Both the position numbers and the translations under genes were made by a program. Shown here piece after piece: positions 1 to 9,240 of a DNA stretch of 39,010 nt (position 1 is its first letter; every line of letters begins with the position of its first letter). Source of the stretch: Candidatus Hodarchaeota archaeon (GTDB taxonomy: Archaea; Asgardarchaeota; Heimdallarchaeia; Hodarchaeales; Hodarchaeaceae); contig JAEOTC010000092.1 in assembly GCA_016840035.1 (NCBI GenBank), positions 1 through 39,010 of the forward strand, in the 5' to 3' direction. A model generated the notes under the pieces. That model searched no databases. It was given only the letters and a program-made list of their open reading frames with translations, and was not told the DNA's origin.

Positions 1-2
1 AA

Positions 3-3000
3 GCGGAAATCAATGTTCGAAAAAATATTTTAGAAAAGGGTTTTTACTTATTTGAAGAGGCAAGAGGGTTATTTGATGATATGGAGCATCATCAGAAAGT
101 TATCAACATTGAAAAGACTGTGTTTGCGGAACTTGGACTAGAAATCCTACAGAAGAATTTTACGAACCCTGAAAAACGGGAGGTAGCTGAAACACTAATC
201 TCACGATCAAAAGCCGCTCATCTCCAAGCACAATCGCTGCATGAATTTTCTAAAATCTTAATTGAAGTAGGTAAAATTTATTTACACAATAACCAGATCG
301 ATACCGCTTTTAATACATTTGATGATGCTATTGATAATTCAAGGATTGTTGGAGATGAGACAGTACCAAATGATGTCATAGAATTCCTCTACTCTGAAGG
401 AACCAACGCAATGGTTAAACTGATTCAATCCTCAAAGGCAAATTTTAAGGATCCGGATAAACTGCCCCCAATGCGTTTTTTCGCAAAGATAAGCGAGATC
501 TGTAAGAGTACAGCACGTGATCAGAGAATAGAAAATGTCGCTATTTATATTCGGGAAGTAGGAAAACAGTTAATTGAACAGGGTTTAATTAAAGACGATT
601 TTATTTATATTACTAAAGCTGTAGATCTGCTAATTTCTCATTCGAGATTTGCTGGGATTCACAAAATTACAGATGAGCTTGAAAACAAAATCGATGAATT
701 TCTTGAGAAAAATATGGTAGTTGAGGCTGAAAAGCTAGAGGAATTCCTCGTTAAAGCATTCACAGACATTAATGAAAAGGAATCAGCAGGTCAAGTAAAA
801 CTCAAGTTTGCACAGTACTACAACCGGTTGGCAAACTTCGAGAAAGAGTTGGAATATTTACGAGAGATCAGCGATCTTTACCAACAAGCTGAACATTCTA
901 CCTTGCAAGCGTTCGCAAGAACTTTAGAGGAGTTATTTATACCTGTAAAAACCACTCTTTTTCAAAGTGATTTTCTCAATATTCTTGGTAATGTCTATTT
1001 ACTATTGGAGGATGGAGATCGATATGATTCACTATTTTCTCAACAAACAAAATTTCTTCTTCAGAACGACCAAGTTGATGAAGCTCTTTCACTCTTCAGT
1101 CAAAATTTTACCTATCTCCGAAGGACAAAAAATGTATCCAGAGCAATGGACCGTTCAAATGAGATAATCGAGAGTTTAAGGGAAAAACAACAGTATACTT
1201 TTATGATTTCGATCATCCATAATCAAGTAAACTTCTTAATCCAGACGAATGCAGGTACTGAAGATGTTGTTCCTGCAGTTCAACGATTAGAAGCTTTAAT
1301 TAATCGATTTCTTGCAAATGAGGACGAATTTACCTTTATCGACCCAGTGTATACTTTAATAACGAATATGTATGATTTTATTGGTATAAAGGAAGCACAA
1401 GGTGATTCTGCTTTTGAAATTAGTGTCAATTTCTTTGAAAAGGGGTTTACTGATCGAGGTTTCGAATATTTGGGGAAAGCATTCAATATTTTCTTACAGG
1501 AACAAATTATGGGAAAAATTGGATTAATCCTTGATTTCGTAGAGAATGGCAAAAACAAGCTACTCGAGGAGAAATCAAGTGATCCACTTGCTGGTCGTTA
1601 TCTCGAATTTCTTATTTCTTGTCTCATTCAATTAAAACACGATGCTGATGCAGCAAATCTGATGTTAGAAAAAGCAGTTCAACTCATTCCTCTTGAAGAA
1701 ACTCTAGCATTTAAACAATTTAGAGCTGCTAGGTCTATCATGTCTCAGATTGGTACAATGGACGAAGTGACTGAATTTGATAAGACTTTTGGATCAGCAC
1801 TCTTAAGCCATGGAAAAACGGACCAAGGTATTGAATTCTTGGCTGATACAAAGCAGCAGACCTCAATTGACTCACTCTCGATTGCAGACGCATATCTATC
1901 AAACGCGCAATCTCATTTTTCCAACAAAGATTATGATACATATTTTACACTTGTAGATCAGGCCCTAAATATCTATTCTGAGTTAGAAATGTTGCAGGAG
2001 GCTTCTTCTATAGCATTAGCAGAAGCACGTAAACTGTGGAGTGTAGATAACATTGCCTACACTATGATTTTCTTAGAACGTGCTTGGGAACCACTTTCAA
2101 GAGTCATTGTTACAGAAGTTACCCTCTCAATCCAACCCATTACTCAAGTCCTAACTGGTTTCATTGACGAGTTATTTTCTCAGCGTCGTTTTGATGAAGC
2201 TTTGGGCTTTATTGAACTTCTTGAACGGATTTATAAACATTTTAATCAATTGGATAAAATCCTTGAAATAGAGCGGAAGAAAATCGAAGCTTTTATTGGT
2301 CGAGGGAATTATGATGGTGCAATCGCTAAAGTATATGATGTCGTTAATCTTGGGATTGACGATTTTAAAATTAATGAAGTAGCGATTTTAATCCATGACT
2401 TTCTACCCTATTTTTTCCAATATGCCCCTGGAAAGACTAAGGACATTCTTAAGCTCTATTTCAAACTTCTAATGGGATCTACTAGTCCAAATTCGTCATT
2501 AGTTGATGAAACGGCCGAAAAATATGCTAATTTAGTGTTTAGCACACTGGATCGAAATGAAACAGATCTTTTCAATTCACAACTGACTCTACTCATTGAT
2601 TCATTGGTAGAAATGAAGGAAGCAGGTAATCAAGCGATCACCCTTACAATGGATGTGATCAACAAATTTATTGATCGATCATTGTTCAAAAGAATTGCTC
2701 AATTACTAACCCAACATCAAGAGAGTTATAATTCCCTTTTACCTGAATTTAAATTGAAGCTTATAAAAGAATTAAATCCTGTTCTCACCTCGAAGAATTT
2801 TCCCGAAGATCAGGTACTATCTCTTATCCCCTGGTTAGGTGCATTTGCCAAACCGTTAAATGATGAAGAAAAGGATACAGCTGCGATTATTTTATTTAAC
2901 CTTGGAAACTTTTATCGAAAGAAGAAGGAAATCAAGATGGCAGCACACGAAGAAGCATTAAAAGTGTCTCAGGGGATTTCTAGCACGGTAACTACATTTA

Positions 3001-3329
3001 ATTTACTAGAGGCCCAATTTAGAACTGAATTCAGTGCGGGAGAATATATCAGATCCTTGGAAATTCTAGATGATATTATTGATAAACTCACTGATCAAAC
3101 TGTGTCAAAAGAAATTGCCGTTAACTTCATTGATCTTTTAAATGAACTTCTTCCCGATTTAGGTCGACGAAAGAAGAAAAAATGGTTGGATCTTTTTACA
3201 GAAAAATACCAGATTATCAGTACAAAATTTCTTGGGGAGAAAATTGTGATGTCTGCGGCGGATGAACAGTATTCAGAACAGCTTTTGGATGAAATGATGG
3301 ATTTTACAAGTAAAAAAGAAAAGAAATAA
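3..3329 (+). CDS. Very large alpha-solenoid protein with TPR/alpha-SNAP-like helical repeats (5'-truncated by the window edge)
   Basis: Frame is open from nt 3 (AEINVRKNILEKGFYLFEEARGLFDD-M), so ATG 81 is probably internal. Entirely helical pattern with TPR/SNAP-like units (e.g. IADAYLSNAQSHFSNKDYDTYFTLVDQALNIY; AGQVKLKFAQYYNRLANFEKELEYL); no TM segment or catalytic motif. Confidence 0.7.
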   Translation, partial: AEINVRKNILEKGFYLFEEARGLFDDMEHHQKVINIEKTVFAELGLEILQKNFTNPEKREVAETLISRSKAAHLQAQSLHEFSKILIEVGKIYLHNNQIDTAFNTFDDAIDNSRIVGDETVPNDVIEFLYSEGTNAMVKLIQSSKANFKDPDKLPPMRFFAKISEICKSTARDQRIENVAIYIREVGKQLIEQGLIKDDFIYITKAVDLLISHSRFAGIHKITDELENKIDEFLEKNMVVEAEKLEEFLVKAFTDINEKESAGQVKLKFAQYYNRLANFEKELEYLREISDLYQQAEHSTLQAFARTLEELFIPVKTTLFQSDFLNILGNVYLLLEDGDRYDSLFSQQTKFLLQNDQVDEALSLFSQNFTYLRRTKNVSRAMDRSNEIIESLREKQQYTFMISIIHNQVNFLIQTNAGTEDVVPAVQRLEALINRFLANEDEFTFIDPVYTLITNMYDFIGIKEAQGDSAFEISVNFFEKGFTDRGFEYLGKAFNIFLQEQIMGKIGLILDFVENGKNKLLEEKSSDPLAGRYLEFLISCLIQLKHDADAANLMLEKAVQLIPLEETLAFKQFRAARSIMSQIGTMDEVTEFDKTFGSALLSHGKTDQGIEFLADTKQQTSIDSLSIADAYLSNAQSHFSNKDYDTYFTLVDQALNIYSELEMLQEASSIALAEARKLWSVDNIAYTMIFLERAWEPLSRVIVTEVTLSIQPITQVLTGFIDELFSQRRFDEALGFIELLERIYKHFNQLDKILEIERKKIEAFIGRGNYDGAIAKVYDVVNLGIDDFKINEVAILIHDFLPYFFQYAPGKTKDILKLYFKLLMGSTSPNSSLVDETAEKYANLVFSTLDRNETDLFNSQLTLLIDSLVEMKEAGNQAITLTMDVINKFIDRSLFKRIAQLLTQHQESYNSLLPEFKLKLIKELNPVLTSKNFPEDQVLSLIPWLGAFAKPLNDEEKDTAAIILFNLGNFYRKKKEIKMAAHEEALKVSQGISSTVTTFNLLEAQFRTEFSAGEYIRSLEILDDIIDKLTDQTVSKEIAVNFIDLLNELLPDLGRRKKKKWLDLFTEKYQIISTKFLGEKIVMSAADEQYSEQLLDEMMDFTSKKEKK

Positions 3330-3410
3330 AAGAATCTGAATCATATGAGTAAATTAAATGCGTAATGCATAAAAAGATGTAATGATACAAAATAGTTGTA
3401 GGTTGGAACT

Positions 3411-3833
3411 ATGTCTGTTCAAGATTACAATCCCTGGATGGGTCAAGAGCTAAAAAAACTGATTGATCTCGTAGTAAATAAAGCTTTTAAAACAAATCCT
3501 GAAGCCATTAATTCCCAAATAGCAGAAATACGTCGTGGACTAGAATATGGACTCAATAATCCTGGTGCAATTGACGATTTAGTAATGAAAGTAGCCCGAA
3601 ATTTTGTTGATTCCTTCCAAGTGTACATGAGACAGGCAAAAAGACCAAATACAGGTATTCCTCCAGGTGGTCAGGCAACCGTTCTTACAGGAGGGACTTT
3701 TGAAGAAACTCCAGAAGCAGAACCCGATCAATTCAGTGTAGACGAATTGAAGGGAGCTCTCGCATCCCGTAAAAAGCAGAAGGTTGAGAAGAAAATGAAA
3801 GGGTCTATGGATCTCCTCAAAGACTATGAATGA
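3411..3833 (+). CDS. Hypothetical soluble protein (helical N-domain, Pro/Gly/acidic linker, basic C-terminal helix)
   Basis: 140-aa ORF, ATG start preceded by AGGTTGGA; 3' end overlaps the convergent kinase gene by 10 nt. Confidence 0.7.
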   Translation: MSVQDYNPWMGQELKKLIDLVVNKAFKTNPEAINSQIAEIRRGLEYGLNNPGAIDDLVMKVARNFVDSFQVYMRQAKRPNTGIPPGGQATVLTGGTFEETPEAEPDQFSVDELKGALASRKKQKVEKKMKGSMDLLKDYE

Positions 3834-4354
3834 TTGGATATCTTCGTTACTATCTCATCAAGTCTGCTGTTAAGTTCATCGATTGAACCATTATTTTCTA
3901 AATGATAATCTACCGCTAGCTCCATGACTTGGTTTTCTGTCAAATGCTGAGACCATTTTTGCCAATCCGCATCGGAAATCTTTTCGGTGCCTCGTTTTTC
4001 AATTCTACGTCTACGGATATCAGAATCGGTACCAATCCGTATAAATATGAACCCCAGTGGACGTAAGAATTCAATTTCATTTTGTCTTCGGATATCATCA
4101 ATTACGATTGCAGAATCACTTGATTGAACTTTGTTGAAAATATAACGGACCCAGACGTCATCATCAAATTCTCTCATAAATTTCCCAATTCCCTGAAGGA
4201 AGTCTCTTGTTGGTTCAATTTCTAACTCCTTTGCAATATCGCGCATTTTTCCAGATAATCGTAACTTCTTACAATGATATTTTTCACATAAAAAATCTGC
4301 AGCTAGACTCTTTCCTGAACCCATATTCCCTGTAATTCCAATTAATAACCGCAT
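3824..4354 (-). CDS. P-loop kinase of the NMP-kinase fold (dephospho-CoA kinase/UPF0200/dNMP kinase-like)
   Basis: N-terminal Walker A IGITGNMGSGKS; IVIDDIRRQNE; LID arginines IRRRRIEKRG; C-terminal DYHLENNGS. Confidence 0.8.
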   Translation of the reverse strand: MRLLIGITGNMGSGKSLAADFLCEKYHCKKLRLSGKMRDIAKELEIEPTRDFLQGIGKFMREFDDDVWVRYIFNKVQSSDSAIVIDDIRRQNEIEFLRPLGFIFIRIGTDSDIRRRRIEKRGTEKISDADWQKWSQHLTENQVMELAVDYHLENNGSIDELNSRLDEIVTKISNHS

Positions 4355-4409
4355 GATAGTCTACTCAACATTTTATGCAAGATTTCTCTAGATTAAAAAA
4401 ATCAATGTT

Positions 4410-4451
4410 GATCCTGTTAAGGAAAGAAACATTTACTTTTCTAACAGGATC
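4410..4451. other. Intergenic inverted repeat / hairpin
   Basis: GATCCTGTTA (4410-4419) and TAACAGGATC (4442-4451) are perfect reverse complements; the stem extends inward via GGAAAG/CTTTTC with one bulge. Confidence 0.6.
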
Positions 4452-4474
4452 TTTAGAAGTTCTAGTCTTATCAA

Positions 4475-6430
4475 TTATTGATCATTTTCCTCGTCTAAAT
4501 AATCTTCACTTGACTCCTGAGGTGCAACTGGTGTAATCTCTTCAGTTTCAGAAGACACGATCTCTTCTATTGGAGTCTCTGAATCATCAACTATTGACTC
4601 TTTTGGTGTATCAACACTTGAGGGAAGATCATAATCCTCTGTTGGGGTTTCTGAATCATCAACTATTGACTCTTCTGGTGTATCGACACTTGAGGGAAGA
4701 TCATCATCCTCTGTTGGAGTAAATGTGGTTGTTGATGTCTCTCTCGTTTTAATTGCTTTATAGATAATATACATTATTCCAAAGAAAAATCCTGCATAAA
4801 ACGCGATGGATTCCACATTTTCAAACGTACCTACAGCGGAGGATAAGATTGTCGTTAATCCAGTAATTGTTCGAAGGGGAGCGTCTGGTATTGCTAATTC
4901 ATAGATATCTCCAAGAATATTAGTGATAATCAGGACAAATGAGGTTGATATAAGTAGAAAGAACATTTCCCCTCTATCCTTGAATCGTGGGGTTACTAGA
5001 GTAACAGAGAGAAACTTGAAGGCACCAGAAAATATGAAAATGATAGGAAGGATTAAAAATGGTAAAAATTCTAATGTAGGCCAAATATCAGCTAAAAATC
5101 CTGAAATAGGCAATACTACTTCGTTATAAAAGAGATAGAAGAAGTTTGGAACCGTTAAATCAATATCGAAATGCAATTGATTTTTTAACATTTCAACGAT
5201 CTCTCCAAAACTATCCCATAAGAGGGATACCCACACACCGAACATAACAAGATATTTAGAAAATACCATTACTCTGGGGGGAGACCTGGCGAGTACCTGT
5301 CCACTTCGAGCTACTTCAATTCCTCTCGACAAAGCTGTAAATATTGCAATGAATGCAAATCCTTCAGCAAAACCTACCACCAATGTGGCAGCGATTGTAA
5401 TTATGATGAAATCTAGTTGAACAAGATCCTCAAAATCCACAATTCGCGTAATAAATGAATCTAGATAGGTGTTAATAATTTCAGCGATATCTATCGCTTC
5501 ACCAGTAAGTAGTTGAATTGTATCCCATCCTGCCCATAGTAATGTTGGGAGGATCCACAAAGTAGCAATGAGGGGAATAATTACAAGTAAATTTACACTA
5601 GTAATAAAGGCAGTTATTTTTACTCCTCTCCACACAATTAAGAAGATTGTTTTTAATACTTGATAGATCCACCAAACCACTGCAAGAAGATACACAATCA
5701 GAACTATTTGCCCAATTGATGTGCTTTGAAGTTGTGCAACAAAAAATGATAGAAAAGGGATAATAATCCATGCGAACAACTTATAAATTGTTCTAACTCC
5801 TTCTTTTTCTTTCTCTTCTATTTCTTCCTCCTTTTTGAATTTTCCAACAACTCTACGCCGTGCAAATGTTGTTAAAATGATAAGAAAGACAATAATAGAG
5901 AAGGCAATAATTAGGAGAAAAAAGGTACCAAAATATAGATTACGCGCTGTTTCATAGAATTTCCTACCCTCAACATCAGAAAGTCCCTCAATCTCGAGAT
6001 CGAAATAATCCAGAATTCCACGCATAAATATTACTGGTAAAAGTTGCAAATATGTTTCTTGTAGGAATACATCTAGGAGAAGATAGATTGCGGAACAAAA
6101 TGACAAAGCAAGCACAGCGAACAACCAAAAACGGGTGTTATAAACCATTTTTCCTGAATCATCTCTTAGCCCAAACTCATTAGCCATGTCAAAAAGGACA
6201 ATTTTCGAAAACCCGAATAAAACAAGGAAAAAACACAAAGATGATAAAATAATGGCAATGACATATTCTGTATTACCATAAGTAACTGTAGACAGATCCT
6301 CAATACTAGCAGAAATAACCATGACAATTATCAGCAAGATTGTAATGACTAAGATCCCGATAATCTTAATCATCTGCTTAGCGAGATACTCTCTCCATGG
6401 AATTCTAGTGACTTTCTCTTTAATTGACAA
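4475..6430 (-). CDS. Polytopic membrane protein of unknown function with acidic low-complexity C-terminal tail
   Basis: 651-aa ORF, TTG start with GAGGA upstream; roughly a dozen hydrophobic segments; D/E/S/T/P-rich tail. Confidence 0.75.
   Translation of the reverse strand: MSIKEKVTRIPWREYLAKQMIKIIGILVITILLIIVMVISASIEDLSTVTYGNTEYVIAIILSSLCFFLVLFGFSKIVLFDMANEFGLRDDSGKMVYNTRFWLFAVLALSFCSAIYLLLDVFLQETYLQLLPVIFMRGILDYFDLEIEGLSDVEGRKFYETARNLYFGTFFLLIIAFSIIVFLIILTTFARRRVVGKFKKEEEIEEKEKEGVRTIYKLFAWIIIPFLSFFVAQLQSTSIGQIVLIVYLLAVVWWIYQVLKTIFLIVWRGVKITAFITSVNLLVIIPLIATLWILPTLLWAGWDTIQLLTGEAIDIAEIINTYLDSFITRIVDFEDLVQLDFIIITIAATLVVGFAEGFAFIAIFTALSRGIEVARSGQVLARSPPRVMVFSKYLVMFGVWVSLLWDSFGEIVEMLKNQLHFDIDLTVPNFFYLFYNEVVLPISGFLADIWPTLEFLPFLILPIIFIFSGAFKFLSVTLVTPRFKDRGEMFFLLISTSFVLIITNILGDIYELAIPDAPLRTITGLTTILSSAVGTFENVESIAFYAGFFFGIMYIIYKAIKTRETSTTTFTPTEDDDLPSSVDTPEESIVDDSETPTEDYDLPSSVDTPKESIVDDSETPIEEIVSSETEEITPVAPQESSEDYLDEENDQ
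4570..4720. repeat. 72-bp in-frame tandem duplication (2 copies; 24-aa unit PTEDxDLPSSVDTPxESIVDDSET)
   Basis: CTGAATCATCAACTATTGACTC starts at 4579 and again at 4651; copies differ at only a few positions. Confidence 0.9.
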
Positions 6431-6557
6431 TATTCCTCAATCCTTAACAATAATGATAAGAACTCTCGTAAGATTTTATTAGATTAACCTTTTATGTCTT
6501 GCTTCCAATTACAAGTTAAACATTGTTGTATCGAGAAACAGTGGAGTCGGGTATTTC

Positions 6558-7106
6558 ATGGATTATACGGAGAAAGCTAAATACCACATGAAAGTGATAG
6601 TATGTGGTACAGGGGCAGTCGGAAAAACTAGTCTTGTTCGCAGATTTGTTGAAAATAAATTCGATTTTAACTATTTACTCACCATCGGAATGGAACCCTC
6701 AAATCGTAAATTACAGGTGAATGGTTTTTTAGTAAATTTAATTATTTTTGATGTTGCAGGACAGGAACGTTTTCAAACTTTGAGAGAAGTTTTCTTCCGG
6801 AAAGCGAATGGAGCATTACTTGTATTCGATTTAACTCGGCCTGATTCTCTTGAAGAGTTATACGAATGGAAGGCCCAAATTGATGAACGGTTAGGAAAGA
6901 ATAAGATCCCTCTTGTTTTGATTGGAAATAAAGCTGATCTCGAGGATATGATCCAAATCGATTATCAAGTCTTAGAAGACACTGTTATTCCTGATTTTCA
7001 GCCTGTGAAATATTTAGAAACCTCAGCCTATCAGAATCATAATGTACATGAGGCATTTTCAATAATTTCTAATGAGGTACTGAAACGGCAAGGGATTATA
7101 AAATAA
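6558..7106 (+). CDS. Rab-like small GTPase (Ras superfamily)
   Basis: G1 GTGAVGKT, G2 LTIG, G3 DVAGQERF, G4 NKAD, G5 ETSA; no C-terminal Cys prenylation motif. Confidence 0.93.
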   Translation: MDYTEKAKYHMKVIVCGTGAVGKTSLVRRFVENKFDFNYLLTIGMEPSNRKLQVNGFLVNLIIFDVAGQERFQTLREVFFRKANGALLVFDLTRPDSLEELYEWKAQIDERLGKNKIPLVLIGNKADLEDMIQIDYQVLEDTVIPDFQPVKYLETSAYQNHNVHEAFSIISNEVLKRQGIIK

Positions 7107-7142
7107 CTGTAGTTTAAGAGGAAAAAAGAAAACCAAGGTCCA

Positions 7143-7913
7143 CTAAATTGGTTTCCATCCAATCTTATTAGATCCTTCATCTCTTAAAACTCTTATATTT
7201 TGAATAGGATCCTGTACAAATGCTTTGGATAGTTTATTGAGATCATCTGGATAATAGGGAGGATTCCATTTAATTCCAATCTCTGATTGATAAATTTCTA
7301 AGGGGACACCAATATCAATTACATAGAAGTCTCCTAGATATTTTTGATCCAGAAGAAGTAAACCAGTTTTTACAAAAGCTATTGTCATTGTCGCTAAGGG
7401 GTGAAATTTACTAAAATTTTCACCTGTTGTGATATCTATTCCTGAAGGACAATCCAATGAGATAACAGGATCATTACTTTGAAAGAATGAAAATACCTGT
7501 TCAGTTAGCTGGTCTTCCCGATACTCAAAGTTATATCCCAGATAACAATCTAAGATAATCGTGTTTTCACTACTTTTTGCAGGAATGCCTTCTTTTATTT
7601 CCACACCCACCATTTTAGCTCTTATCAATTGATCCTTAAGTGTTTTATTTGCAATTTCCTCCCCTTTAGGAAGAAAGATAGAGGTTTTACAGCCCCACGC
7701 AGCCAATCTCCTTGCTGCCACCATACCTCCCCCACCATTGCCTCCCGAACCACACACAATCAAATACGAAGTATTCAGATTTCCCATAAGAAAAGCCAAA
7801 CGTGCAAGATTAGCTCCTGCATTTTCCATCATTATTGACAAAGAAATACCTCGTTGTTCCATCAACCGATCTACTTGAATCATTTGTTCACGGGTTATTC
7901 CTGGCAGAACCAA
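7143..7913 (-). CDS. nnrE: NAD(P)H-hydrate epimerase (stand-alone YjeF N-terminal domain)
   Basis: MIQVDR...MMENAG, VCGSGGNGGGGMVAARRL, ILDCYLGY, VISLDCPSG, ATMTIAFVKTGL, DIGVP motifs of YjeF_N. Confidence 0.9.
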   Translation of the reverse strand: MVLPGITREQMIQVDRLMEQRGISLSIMMENAGANLARLAFLMGNLNTSYLIVCGSGGNGGGGMVAARRLAAWGCKTSIFLPKGEEIANKTLKDQLIRAKMVGVEIKEGIPAKSSENTIILDCYLGYNFEYREDQLTEQVFSFFQSNDPVISLDCPSGIDITTGENFSKFHPLATMTIAFVKTGLLLLDQKYLGDFYVIDIGVPLEIYQSEIGIKWNPPYYPDDLNKLSKAFVQDPIQNIRVLRDEGSNKIGWKPI

Positions 7914-7976
7914 CTAGATCACCACGTTTCTAGACATCGTAAAAGGGAAGGGAACAACAATCTCCAGTAAACTGAA

Positions 7977-9074
7977 TTATTCCACCCCAAAGCTCTCGTA
8001 CACCAACCGTTTACCTCCTTTAGCAAAAGTATCGGTATTAATATACGACATGGATGCAAGAGATTCTGCAAATTCACGTATGAATCCTGTTGTGAAGCGT
8101 TTTAATGCCCCTCGTAGGAAAAATGTTGTTTGGGGTGTAAGAATCAAGGAAAGAACCTGATTTTTCCGTTCAAGAACTAATTGATTTCCCTCAAGGTTCA
8201 CCTCCGAGATGTCAGCTGTTGACTTAGTAGCCTCTTGCATAAGTGAGGTAATTGCTACAATACCACCTGCAAACAATGCTTCATCAAGAGACTCATCATC
8301 GGCTTTAAAGTCATATGAAAAGAGAGGAACACCAGTTTCATGAATTACTAAGATACGATCGGCTTGATGACGATTAAAGACTGCAAAATTATCACGACTC
8401 CCAAAAGAAATGAAATATAGAATAAAACCAATTGCTACATCTGCACGCAAGAGAATTGTAAACACCATGGAATTTAATGATATAGCAATAGGTTTGAACA
8501 TAAAGGGAACCATATATGCAATAATAATTCCTATGATCATATACTTCAACTGCTTCTTCTGAATTGCCCATGCATCATTGTAACCCTTCCATAAGCTTAA
8601 AATTATGAGTAAACTACCCATCCCAGGTAAGAAAAAGGTTAGAAAATCTGTTAATGGATCAAATGATACGATAAACATATCTAACATAGGATGGTAGGTT
8701 GTTACGAATTCTCCCAACAGAATCGCTACCATTGTCCCACCTAAAAACAATGTATGTACCATTTGTTTCCAAGTAAAGATGGTATCATATTCAAACGCCT
8801 CAAAGAAGTATAATAGGAAACAAACAGACAACATAGAACTTATTATAGACAATTTAGATATTAGAACTAAGAATGATTTATCAGAAATAAACATTGCGAT
8901 TAAACCTGAGCCATCCGCAAATAGTAAGGCAATCAATGCCATTAAAAATAGAGTTAATGTTTTGGCATTATATTTTATCCACCGTTTGGACAGACTAAGG
9001 ACGATTATAATTTCAGCCGACACACATAAAACAGCAATCGTCAATGTTATTATTAAATCAGGTGTAAGGATCAT
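7977..9074 (-). CDS. Seven-TM membrane protein fused to a C-terminal longin-like domain
   Basis: Seven hydrophobic helices in the first ~225 aa; the C-terminal ~125 aa follow a beta-beta-alpha-beta-beta-beta-alpha pattern (RILVIHETGVPLFSYDF / DEALFAGGIVAITSLMQE / ISEVNLEGNQLVLERKNQVLSLILT / LRGALKRFTTGF). Confidence 0.72.
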   Translation of the reverse strand: MILTPDLIITLTIAVLCVSAEIIIVLSLSKRWIKYNAKTLTLFLMALIALLFADGSGLIAMFISDKSFLVLISKLSIISSMLSVCFLLYFFEAFEYDTIFTWKQMVHTLFLGGTMVAILLGEFVTTYHPMLDMFIVSFDPLTDFLTFFLPGMGSLLIILSLWKGYNDAWAIQKKQLKYMIIGIIIAYMVPFMFKPIAISLNSMVFTILLRADVAIGFILYFISFGSRDNFAVFNRHQADRILVIHETGVPLFSYDFKADDESLDEALFAGGIVAITSLMQEATKSTADISEVNLEGNQLVLERKNQVLSLILTPQTTFFLRGALKRFTTGFIREFAESLASMSYINTDTFAKGGKRLVYESFGVE

Positions 9075-9240
9075 TTGGAATCCTCGCTAATCTCTAGATT
9101 TCTCCCTTTATATTTCTCTCTTGAATTTAGATAAGAAAATTTGTCTTACTATCCGTTTTTAGTAAATTTATCAATCGAATCAAAAGAAATTTTGAACTAA
9201 TATTTGAAAACACCATAGGAATGAGCATTTACTAGACTCT

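Noticed and set aside
4570-4720. CRISPR-like repeat
   Set aside because: Two contiguous 72-bp in-frame copies with no spacers and no cas genes; it is a coding duplication.
7143-7913. Degenerate NnrE (GGNGGGG instead of GNNGGDG; no NnrD fusion)
   Set aside because: All other motifs are intact and stand-alone YjeF_N variants are common; no evidence of pseudogenisation or novelty.
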